Source of the DNA: Dehalococcoidia bacterium
Lineage (GTDB): Bacteria > Chloroflexota > Dehalococcoidia > Lucifugimonadales > CATQGZ01
Assembly: GCA_965223945.1 (NCBI GenBank)
Contig: CBDCXW010000005.1
Location: 2,244 to 66,243, forward strand
Direction: 5' to 3'
Length of the DNA stretch: 64,000 bases
The notes under the pieces were generated by a model. That model was not told where the DNA came from, searched no databases, and saw only the letters and a program-made list of their open reading frames with translations. Below, piece by piece: positions 1-6,807 of the stretch; the first letter of the stretch is position 1; every line of letters starts with the position of its first letter. The position numbers and the translations under genes were made by a program.

Positions 1-113
1 GCCTTATCCCTTCTCCCCGCCGCGGGAGAAGGGTAGGATGAGGGGCGTAGAGGAGGCGAGGCAAGCAGGGATCACCCTCACCCCAGCCCTCTCCCGTCAA
101 GGGAGAGGGAGAA
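1..113. repeat. REP-like palindromic repeat cluster (modules M1 + M2)
   Basis: Hairpin CCCTTCTCCC-n5-GGGAGAAGGG near 8-33 and CACCCTCACCCCAGCCCTCTCCCGTCAAGGGAGAGGG at 73-109. The same units recur at 901-1097, 1603-1783, 2929-3040 and 37388-37411/38678-38700. Confidence 0.85.
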
Positions 114-141
114 AGAAATAAGGAAAGGACGGTACTGTACT

Positions 142-900
142 TTGGCTGAGCTCAGGGTGAATCGGGTCAAGCGGAAACTGGCCGAGGGCGGCGTGGCCAC
201 GCTGGTCGGCGGGTCCGGCGGGACCAACACGGGCGACATGATCGAGATGCTGGGGACGATGGGCTTCGACGGGGCCTGGATCGAGACGGAGCACGGGCCC
301 TTCGACTTCGCGGACCTGCCGGACCTCACCAGGGCGTGCGACCTGTGGGGCATGACGTCGGTCGTGCGGGTCAACCTCAACCTGCCGGGCGTCATATACA
401 GGACGCTGGACGTCGGCGCGCAGGGCATCGTCGTCCCGCACGTCGACACGGCGGAGCAGGCCAGGGAGGTCGTCGACGCGGGGAAGTTCGCGCCGATCGG
501 ACACCGGGGAAACTACGGCGGCCGCCAGAGCTTCGGCGTCGAGGACTACCTCACGAGGGCGAATGACGAGACGCTCCTGGTGGTCCTCATAGAGGATGTC
601 GTGGCCATCGAGAACCTGGACGAGATCCTGACGGTGGACAATATCGACTGCTTCTTCGTCGCGCCGGGGGACCTGTCGCAGAGCATGGGCCTGCCGGGGG
701 GCATGAACAACCCGGAGGTGCAGCGGGTGGTCGACGACGCGGTGGCGCGGATCATCGCGGCGGGCCGGGTCGCGGGCAGCCTGGCGTCGATCGAGACGGT
801 CGAGGAGACGATCGAAAAGGGCGCGAGACTCCTGCTGACGAACTGGGACCCGTGGGTAGCCGCGGGCGCGCGCACGTACCTGAACAAGGCCGGCGGGTAG
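142..900 (+). CDS. HpcH/HpaI family class II aldolase
   Basis: 252-aa ORF with TTG start. Family-typical segments are GFDGAWIETEHGP, GIVVPHVDTAEQA and IEDVVAIENLDEIL..DCFFVAPGDLSQSMG. Coding-type codon usage across the full length. Confidence 0.85.
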   Translation: MAELRVNRVKRKLAEGGVATLVGGSGGTNTGDMIEMLGTMGFDGAWIETEHGPFDFADLPDLTRACDLWGMTSVVRVNLNLPGVIYRTLDVGAQGIVVPHVDTAEQAREVVDAGKFAPIGHRGNYGGRQSFGVEDYLTRANDETLLVVLIEDVVAIENLDEILTVDNIDCFFVAPGDLSQSMGLPGGMNNPEVQRVVDDAVARIIAAGRVAGSLASIETVEETIEKGARLLLTNWDPWVAAGARTYLNKAGG

Positions 901-1097
901 ATCACCCTCACCCCAGCCCTCTCCCGTCAAGGGAGAGGGGGTAGGAGCGCCCACGGCGCCGGTACGTAAGGGCTCCCCTCGCGGGAGAAGGCTAGGATGA
1001 GGGGCGTTGAGGGCACGGCCAGGAGCGTCACCCTCACCCCAACCCTCTCCCGTCAAGGGAGAGGGGGTAGGAGCGCCCAGGGCGCCGGTGCGTAGGG
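901..1097. repeat. REP-like repeat cluster (M2-M3-M1-M2-M3)
   Basis: M2 at 903-940 and 1028-1065. M3 (GCGCCCACGGCGCCGGTACGTAAGGG type) follows each M2. An M1 variant lies at about 973-1005. The cluster starts directly after the stop codon of the aldolase gene. Confidence 0.85.
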
Positions 1098-1119
1098 GAG
1101 CGATCATCTTGACTGGCCG

Positions 1120-1341
1120 GTGAAGCCAACCTATGATGAGCGCATGGTTGCCACAGCCGGCACGGAGGACATATCCCGGAGCCTCGGGCGGCTTGAAGGC
1201 CAGGTCGGCAGCATAGAAAAGCGCCTTGGCAGCATCGAGCAGCGGCTCGACCGCGTCATATTCACTCTCTTCGGCTTCGGGGCCGCACTAGCCGCCGGAA
1301 TAGTCGGTATCCTGGTAAAACTGTTCCTCGACGCAGCCTAG
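1120..1341 (+). CDS. small hypothetical protein, N-terminal coiled coil plus C-terminal transmembrane helix
   Basis: 73-aa ORF. It has a heptad-like segment LGRLEGQVGSIEKRLGSIEQRLDRV followed by the hydrophobic FTLFGFGAALAAGIVGILVKLFL. Start codon uncertain (GTG 1120 or ATG 1144). Flanked by REP clusters. Confidence 0.45.
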   Translation: MKPTYDERMVATAGTEDISRSLGRLEGQVGSIEKRLGSIEQRLDRVIFTLFGFGAALAAGIVGILVKLFLDAA

Positions 1342-1404
1342 CGCCTACGGCCCTGCCACGGCGGCGCCCCCAAATGCGATGCAGGCCGCCCCTGCCCCAC
1401 CCCC

Positions 1405-1436
1405 TGGGTTCCGGCCTCCGCCGGAACGACGAGGGC
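1405..1436. repeat. REP-like hairpin module M4 (GGTTCCGGCCTCCGCCGGAAC)
   Basis: Perfect stem TTCCGGC/GCCGGAA with CTCC loop. Variants occur at 1678-1697, 61178-61197 and 63001-63018 (inverted). Confidence 0.7.
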
Positions 1437-1440
1437 GCAC

Positions 1441-2964
1441 ATGACCAACATCGCCTCCATCCTTGAACGACGCCTCGGGGCGTCCCGCGTCGAGCTGCTG
1501 CGGTCGGCCGGCCGCGCCGCGTCGGAGCTGGGCGTGCCGCTCTACCTGGTCGGTGGGTCCGTCCGCGACGCGCTGCTGGAGCGCCTACGGCACCCGTGTG
1601 ATACCCCTCACCCCAGCCCTCTCCCGCAAGGGGAGAGGGGGCCGGACGCTGGGGACCTGGACGTGAGCTTCTTCGTCGTTCCCGCGGAGGCGGGAACCCA
1701 GGGGCGGGGGCACGAAGATACCCCTCACCCCAACCCTCTCCCGCAAGGGGAGAGGGGGCGCCCACGGCGCCGGTACGTAGGGGACGGACTGGCCGAGGCG
1801 CTGGCGAAGGCGCTGGGAGGCGTGGCGTCGGACCGGTCGCAGTTCGGGACGGCGAAGCTGCGCGTGGGCGGCGTGTCGCTGGACCTGGTCATGGCCCGCC
1901 GGGAGACCTACGCCGCGCCGGGGGCGCTCCCGACGGTCGAGCCTGGATCGCTGGCCGACGACCTCGCACGGCGGGACTTCTCGATCAACGCGATGGCGGT
2001 GTCGCTGTCGGCGGAGTCGTGGGGCGACCTGGCGGACCCGTTCGACGGCGCGGGCGACCTGGAGCGCCGGGCCGTCAGGGTGCTGCACCCCGGCAGCTTT
2101 CGCGACGACGCGACGCGGCTGTTCCGGGCGGCGCGGTACGCGGGCAGGCTGGGGTTCGGGCTGGAGCCGGAGACGGAGCGGCTGGCGCGCGAGGGCGCGG
2201 CGTTCATCGACACGATCTCGGGCGACCGGGTGCGTCACGAGCTGGAGCGCATCTTCGAGGAGCCGCGGGCGGCGGACATCCTGCGGATAGCGGACGGCCT
2301 GGGCCTGCTGGGGGCGATACACCCGGCGCTGAGGCCGGCGGAGAGCCCGGAGGCCATCGAGGGCGAGCGGGGCCCGGCGATGCTGGCGGGGCTGGCGCTG
2401 GGGCTGTCGCCACAGGAGGCTGAGGAGGTCGCGGAGCGGCTGAACCTAGGCGCGGAGTGGGCGCGGGTCGTACGGGACACGGCGGCTGTGCGGGAGCTGC
2501 TGCCGGAGCTCGAAGCGGACCTCGCGCCGAGCCGCATATACCGGCTGCTGCACGGCAGGCACGAAGCGGCGCTGTCGGCAGCGCCCACGGCGCCGGTACG
2601 TATGGGGGAGACGCCCACGGCGCCGGTACGTAGGGGGGCAGCGCCCACGGCGCCGGTACGTAGGGGGGCGGCGCCCACGGCGCCGGTAGGTATGGGGGCA
2701 GAGCCCACGGCGGCGCCCACGGCGCCGGTAGGTAAAGGGGCGGCGGCGAACCTGCGGCTGTACCTGTCGCGGCTGCGGCACGTGTCGACGTCGCTGAGCG
2801 GCGGGGACATCGTCGCGATGGGAGTGCCCGAGGGGCCGAGGGTCGGCGAGGTGCTGCGGGAGCTGCTGGAGGCGCGGCTGGACGGGACGGTGGAGTCGGC
2901 GGAGGAGGAGCGGGAGCTGGCGTCGCGGCGCGCCCACGGCGGCGCCCACGGCGCCGGTAAGTAG
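1441..2964 (+). CDS. class II nucleotidyltransferase (CCA-adding enzyme / poly(A) polymerase family) carrying in-frame REP-derived insertions
   Basis: The N-terminal motif LYLVGGSVRDALLER...GDLDV matches the GGxVRDxLL...DxD head-domain signature. Downstream RDFSINAMAV and RVLHPGSFRDDATRLFRAARYA are typical of the family. The ORF is uninterrupted despite REP units at 1603-1641, 1678-1697 and 1719-1783 and a 30-nt tandem array at 2581-2740. The stop codon lies inside REP module M3. Confidence 0.75.
   Translation: MTNIASILERRLGASRVELLRSAGRAASELGVPLYLVGGSVRDALLERLRHPCDTPHPSPLPQGERGPDAGDLDVSFFVVPAEAGTQGRGHEDTPHPNPLPQGERGRPRRRYVGDGLAEALAKALGGVASDRSQFGTAKLRVGGVSLDLVMARRETYAAPGALPTVEPGSLADDLARRDFSINAMAVSLSAESWGDLADPFDGAGDLERRAVRVLHPGSFRDDATRLFRAARYAGRLGFGLEPETERLAREGAAFIDTISGDRVRHELERIFEEPRAADILRIADGLGLLGAIHPALRPAESPEAIEGERGPAMLAGLALGLSPQEAEEVAERLNLGAEWARVVRDTAAVRELLPELEADLAPSRIYRLLHGRHEAALSAAPTAPVRMGETPTAPVRRGAAPTAPVRRGAAPTAPVGMGAEPTAAPTAPVGKGAAANLRLYLSRLRHVSTSLSGGDIVAMGVPEGPRVGEVLRELLEARLDGTVESAEEERELASRRAHGGAHGAGK
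2581..2740 (+). repeat. tandem array of about 5 x 30 nt (REP module M3) inside the nucleotidyltransferase ORF
   Basis: GCGCCCACGGCGCCGGTACGTAGGGGGGCA-type units occupy 2581-2610, 2611-2640, 2641-2670 and 2671-2700, plus a rearranged unit at 2701-2740. They translate as (A/T)PTAPVR(R/M)G(A/E) repeats. Confidence 0.9.
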
Positions 2965-3040
2965 TATCACCCTCACCCCTGCCCTCTCCCGTCAAGGGAG
3001 AGGGGGTAGGAGCGGCCACGGCGCCGGTAGGTAGGGGGCG
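2929..3040. repeat. REP-like repeat cluster (M3-M3-M2-M3)
   Basis: GCGCCCACGGCGGCGCCCACGGCGCCGGTAAGTAG, then CACCCTCACCCCTGCCCTCTCCCGTCAAGGGAGAGGG, then GTAGGAGCGGCCACGGCGCCGGTAGGTAGGGG. Confidence 0.85.
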
Positions 3041-3086
3041 CTCGTGCTAAAATGGGCGGAGCTTTCGAACGCGCCCAGGAACGTGT

Positions 3087-3911
3087 GTGTTGGGGAACCC
3101 CCCGGTCAGAGTCAGAGCTTCCCAGTCGGGCCTTTTTGACGGGTTGAAGGACGTCGCACGGTCGTTCGCCAGGCCGCCGCTGTGGGTCACCCTCGGCTGG
3201 TACGACTTCATGCTGAGGTACAGACGGACGTACCTGGGACCGCTGTGGGAGGTGCTGGTCGTCGGGACGTGGGTGGTAGGCCTGGGCCTGCTGTTCGGGC
3301 AGCTGCTGGAGGAGTCGAAGGACGACTACCTGGTCTACCTCTCGGCGGGGGTGATCGTCTGGTCGTACATCTCGAGCACGCTGACGACTGGCGCGGCAGT
3401 TTTCACGTCGAACGCCAGGGCGATCTCGTCGATCAACAACCCCATGTTCACCTACGTGCTGCGCAACGTGGTGGAGCACTGGACGAAGCTGGCGGTGCAC
3501 CTGCCGATCCTGGTCGGGGTGCTGGCCTGGAGCGGCGAGTGGTCGGGCTGGCAGATGCTGTGGGCACTGCCGGGGCTGGCGATGCTGCTGGCGGCGTCGC
3601 TGTGGGCGGTGCCTCTGTTGGGGTTCGTCGGAGCACGGTACCGGGACCTGGCGCAGATGATCCGGGCGGGCATGCGGTTCCTGTTCTTCGCGACGCCGGT
3701 CTTCTGGTACGCGGACGGGCTGGGGGACCGCGATTTCCTGGCGCACCTGAACCCCTTCACGCACTACCTGGAGCTCGTCCGGGCGCCGCTGACGGGCGAG
3801 ACGGCGACGCTCGTGTCGTGGGCGGTGGTGGCGTCGATCAACGCGGCGGGCCTGGCGGCGTTCGCGGTGACGTACAGCCCCCTGCGGCGGCGGCTGACCC
3901 TGTGGATATGA
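3087..3911 (+). CDS. ABC-2 type polysaccharide export permease (Wzm/TagG/KpsM-like)
   Basis: 274-aa polytopic membrane ORF. The N-terminal segment WYDFMLRYRRTYLGPLWEVL is typical of ABC-2 exporters. Its stop overlaps the start of the downstream ATPase gene (ATGA). The GTG start at 3087 is uncertain. Confidence 0.8.
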   Translation: MLGNPPVRVRASQSGLFDGLKDVARSFARPPLWVTLGWYDFMLRYRRTYLGPLWEVLVVGTWVVGLGLLFGQLLEESKDDYLVYLSAGVIVWSYISSTLTTGAAVFTSNARAISSINNPMFTYVLRNVVEHWTKLAVHLPILVGVLAWSGEWSGWQMLWALPGLAMLLAASLWAVPLLGFVGARYRDLAQMIRAGMRFLFFATPVFWYADGLGDRDFLAHLNPFTHYLELVRAPLTGETATLVSWAVVASINAAGLAAFAVTYSPLRRRLTLWI

Positions 3912-4699
3912 GCATGGACAAAGACTTCGCGATCCGGTTGCGGGACCTGACTATGGAGCTGCCCACGTACGGGCGGGTGAAGCACCCGTCGTGGAACGGC
4001 CTCGGGGCGACGCAGGCGGGAGTGGGCGGACGGCTGAACTTCTCCGACGGCCGGGCGACTGTGACGGCGCTGGACGACGTGAGCGTCGAGATCGCCCGCC
4101 GGGAGCGGGTCGGCTTGATCGGTCTGAACGGCGCGGGGAAGAGCACGATGCTGCGGGTGATGGCGGGGATATACTACCCGACTCGCGGGACGGCGGAGTC
4201 GCGCGGCAGGGTGTCGACGCTGTTCTCGGAGTCGCTGGGCCTGAAGCCGGAGGCGACGGGCATCGAGAACATCATGCTGTCGGGCGTGTCGCTGGGGCTG
4301 ACGCACGGGCGGGTGAAGCAGATGATCCCTGAGATCGTGGAGTTCACGGAGCTCGGGGAGTACGTCCACATGCCGATGCGGACCTACTCGACGGGGATGC
4401 GGGCGCGGCTGGCGTTTGCGGTGGCGACGTCGATCAGGCCGGAGATACTGCTGATAGACGAGATCATCGGCGCGGGGGACATGCGCTTCCAGGCGAAGGT
4501 GAAGGAGCGGCTGGAGGACTTCATGGGGTCGGCGAACACGCTGGTCGTGGCCTCGCAGTCGGAGCAGGTGATCAGGGAGTTCTGCGACCGGGCGATACTG
4601 CTGGAGCGGGGCCGGGTGCGGATGTCGGGCGGCGTCGAGGAGGTGCTGGCGGAGCACCTGGGGAAGCACGGCAGGCGGCGGGGAGCGGGCCGACCGTGA
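3908..4699 (+). CDS. polysaccharide ABC exporter ATP-binding protein (Wzt/TagH/KpsT-like), short form without C-terminal carbohydrate-binding domain
   Basis: Walker A GLNGAGKST, signature YSTGMRARLAFA, Walker B ILLIDE. 263 aa from the ATG at 3908, which overlaps the permease stop. The longer 3182 ORF start lies in another frame over the permease and is rejected. Confidence 0.85.
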   Translation: MSMDKDFAIRLRDLTMELPTYGRVKHPSWNGLGATQAGVGGRLNFSDGRATVTALDDVSVEIARRERVGLIGLNGAGKSTMLRVMAGIYYPTRGTAESRGRVSTLFSESLGLKPEATGIENIMLSGVSLGLTHGRVKQMIPEIVEFTELGEYVHMPMRTYSTGMRARLAFAVATSIRPEILLIDEIIGAGDMRFQAKVKERLEDFMGSANTLVVASQSEQVIREFCDRAILLERGRVRMSGGVEEVLAEHLGKHGRRRGAGRP

Positions 4700-6807
4700 C
4701 GCACCAGCACTCGACGGAGGAAGGCGGGGCCGGGCTCGTGAGGGACCGGGTGTCGCAGCTTCAGGAGAGGATCGAAGGCCTCGAGCGCCAGGTCGAGCTG
4801 GACCGGATGGCACTGGCGCGTCTCCGCAAGAGCCTCGACAGCCGTGCGGGGGAGGTCCGGGTGCTGAGGCACCGCCTCCAGGCGACGCGTTCGAGCGCCT
4901 CGTTCCTCGCGGGCTCGGCGCTGGTGCAGGCCGCGAAGCAGCCGCACACCCTGTGGAAGCTTCCCTTCCAACTCCTCCGGCTGTACCGGTCGAGATCGAG
5001 GCCGACGGCGGGAACCGGCGACGGGAGCGACCCGAACGACCGGTACAAGGACCTTCCCCCAGAGCTCGCCCTGGACCCCTCGGAGTTCGTCAGCCACCCT
5101 CCCCTGCCGATACCCGACGCAAAGGGCAATGGCCCAACCGTGGCGGCCATCCTGGACACGTTCACTGAGTACTCGCTGCGCTATGAGGCGGACCTGCTGC
5201 TTGTGTCGCGGAACGACTGGCGAGCCGAGATGGAGAAGGCGCAGCCGGCGCTCCTGCTCGTAGAGTCGGCCTTCAGCGGCAATAACCGGGAATGGCGGCA
5301 CCTGATCGTCGATTATGAGACCGTCGGGGACAATCCGCTGCGGGAGCTGATCCTGTTCTGCCGCTCCGCGGGGATTCCGACCGTGTTCTGGAACAAGGAA
5401 GACCCGGCGCACTTCGACAACTTCATCGGGGCCGCCAGGGAGTTCGACCTCGTCTTTACGTCAGACGCCGACTGCGTTCCGGTATACAGGGAGGCTCTGG
5501 GACACGAACGGGTATATGTCCTACCATTCGCCGCGCAGCCGCGGATCCACAATCCGTCGAGTGAGGAGGGCTGGCCAAGCTATCCGGTGTGCTTTGCCGG
5601 AAGCTGGGTGGAATACAGATACCCCGACCGCGCCGAGTCGCTCCGTCACCTGCTCGACCCTGCCGTCCCACTCGGCCTGCACATCTTCGACCGCAACCTC
5701 ACGCGACGGGACCTGGGGCCGCACTATCGCTTTCCCGACCAGTATAGGGAGGCGATCAAGGGAACCCTCACCTACGAGGAGATGCTGACGGTCTACCGGT
5801 GCTATGACGTGCTCCTGAACGTCAACACCGTAAGCGACTCCCCAACGATGTTCGCCCGCCGAGTCTTCGAAAGCCTGGCGTGCGGGACGCCCGTCATCTC
5901 ATCAGAGTCGGTCGCCATAAGCCGGATGCTCGGAGAGCACGTCAGGATATCCCGTAGCAGGGAGGACACCGAACGCCACCTCCTGGACCTGATGGGAGAT
6001 GAGGAAGCCCGTGTCCGGGAGGGTCACCTGGCCTACCGCCACGTACATGAAAACCACACCTACCGGCTACGCATAGACGAGGTCTTCCGCAGGACCGGCC
6101 TCGAGCCGCCCGCCTCAGAGCAGCCGTCGGTGAGCGTCCTCATGCCTACCAAGCGCCCTGAGAACGTGGCACGGTGCCTCGACAACTTCAAGAAGCAGAC
6201 GTACCCGGCCAAGGATCTCATCCTCATTCTGAACAATGCAGATTTCGACCTCGACGCTATAAGGAAGGATGTCGAGCTCATTCCCAACGTGCAGGTGCTC
6301 CACATGGACGGACGCACGACTCTGGGACACTGCCTAAACCGCGGCGTCGAAGCGGCGTCTGGCGAATACATCGCGAAGATGGACGACGACGACCACTATG
6401 GGGAGCGGTACCTCTCGGACAGCGTCCTCGCGGCCTCGTTCTCGGACGCGGAGGTCGTCGGCAAGGGGGCCTTCTTCATGTACTTCGAAGAGTCCGATAC
6501 CACTGCCCTGACGGAAGTGACACGGGAGCACACGTTCACTTCTTTTGTAACGGGCGGCACTCTGTTGATACGAGCCGAAGTAGCAAGGGAGAACCCTTTC
6601 GACTCCATTTCGCTAAGGGAGGACACGAACTTCCTTCACGCGGCAGCACAGGCCGGCTGCAAGATCTACTCCGCGGATAGGTTCAACTTCGTACGAGTGC
6701 GGACGCGACGGCTATCAAATCATGCAGACCAGACCCCGGACGCCGGATTCCTGAAAAAGTGCCGAAACCGGACACAGGGCCTCGACCTCGAGCGTGTCCT
6801 GATATGA
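4696..6807 (+). CDS. multidomain glycosyltransferase: N-terminal coiled coil, CgeB-like (GT1-type) domain, C-terminal GT2 domain
   Basis: 703 aa, GTG start overlapping the upstream stop (GTGA). Coiled coil RVSQLQERIEGLERQVELDRMALARLRK. The central region (FWNKEDP..FDLVFTSDADCV..NVNTV.DSPTMFARRVFESLACGTPVIS) resembles CgeB/DUF3880-type glycosyltransferases. The C-terminal SVSVLMPTKRPENV...AKMDDDDHYGERY is a GT2 fold with a DxD motif. Confidence 0.75.
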   Translation: MTHQHSTEEGGAGLVRDRVSQLQERIEGLERQVELDRMALARLRKSLDSRAGEVRVLRHRLQATRSSASFLAGSALVQAAKQPHTLWKLPFQLLRLYRSRSRPTAGTGDGSDPNDRYKDLPPELALDPSEFVSHPPLPIPDAKGNGPTVAAILDTFTEYSLRYEADLLLVSRNDWRAEMEKAQPALLLVESAFSGNNREWRHLIVDYETVGDNPLRELILFCRSAGIPTVFWNKEDPAHFDNFIGAAREFDLVFTSDADCVPVYREALGHERVYVLPFAAQPRIHNPSSEEGWPSYPVCFAGSWVEYRYPDRAESLRHLLDPAVPLGLHIFDRNLTRRDLGPHYRFPDQYREAIKGTLTYEEMLTVYRCYDVLLNVNTVSDSPTMFARRVFESLACGTPVISSESVAISRMLGEHVRISRSREDTERHLLDLMGDEEARVREGHLAYRHVHENHTYRLRIDEVFRRTGLEPPASEQPSVSVLMPTKRPENVARCLDNFKKQTYPAKDLILILNNADFDLDAIRKDVELIPNVQVLHMDGRTTLGHCLNRGVEAASGEYIAKMDDDDHYGERYLSDSVLAASFSDAEVVGKGAFFMYFEESDTTALTEVTREHTFTSFVTGGTLLIRAEVARENPFDSISLREDTNFLHAAAQAGCKIYSADRFNFVRVRTRRLSNHADQTPDAGFLKKCRNRTQGLDLERVLI

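Noticed and set aside
97-1107. 336-aa minus-strand ORF (and 78..449, 546..911) overlapping the aldolase gene and REP clusters
   Set aside because: It is antisense to a well-supported aldolase ORF. Its ends are translations of REP modules (PSPLTGEGWGEG), and its Arg/Pro/Ala-rich composition is typical of off-frame reading in GC-rich DNA.
2581-2740. Possible CRISPR array (regular 30-nt repeats)
   Set aside because: The units are directly adjacent with no spacers. They lie inside an open reading frame, are copies of REP module M3, and no cas genes are present.
2204-3019. 271-aa Pro/Ala-rich minus-strand ORF and related ORFs (2235..2810, 2446..2976, 1262..1765, 1585..2322)
   Set aside because: They are antisense to the nucleotidyltransferase ORF and are largely a translation of the M3 tandem array. 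No start context, and low-complexity composition.
3182-3907. N-terminal 242 codons of the 505-aa ORF 3182..4699
   Set aside because: This part overlaps the ABC-2 permease gene in another frame and is Gly/Arg/Ala-rich. ABC ATPase homology begins only at the ATG at 3908, which overlaps the permease stop.
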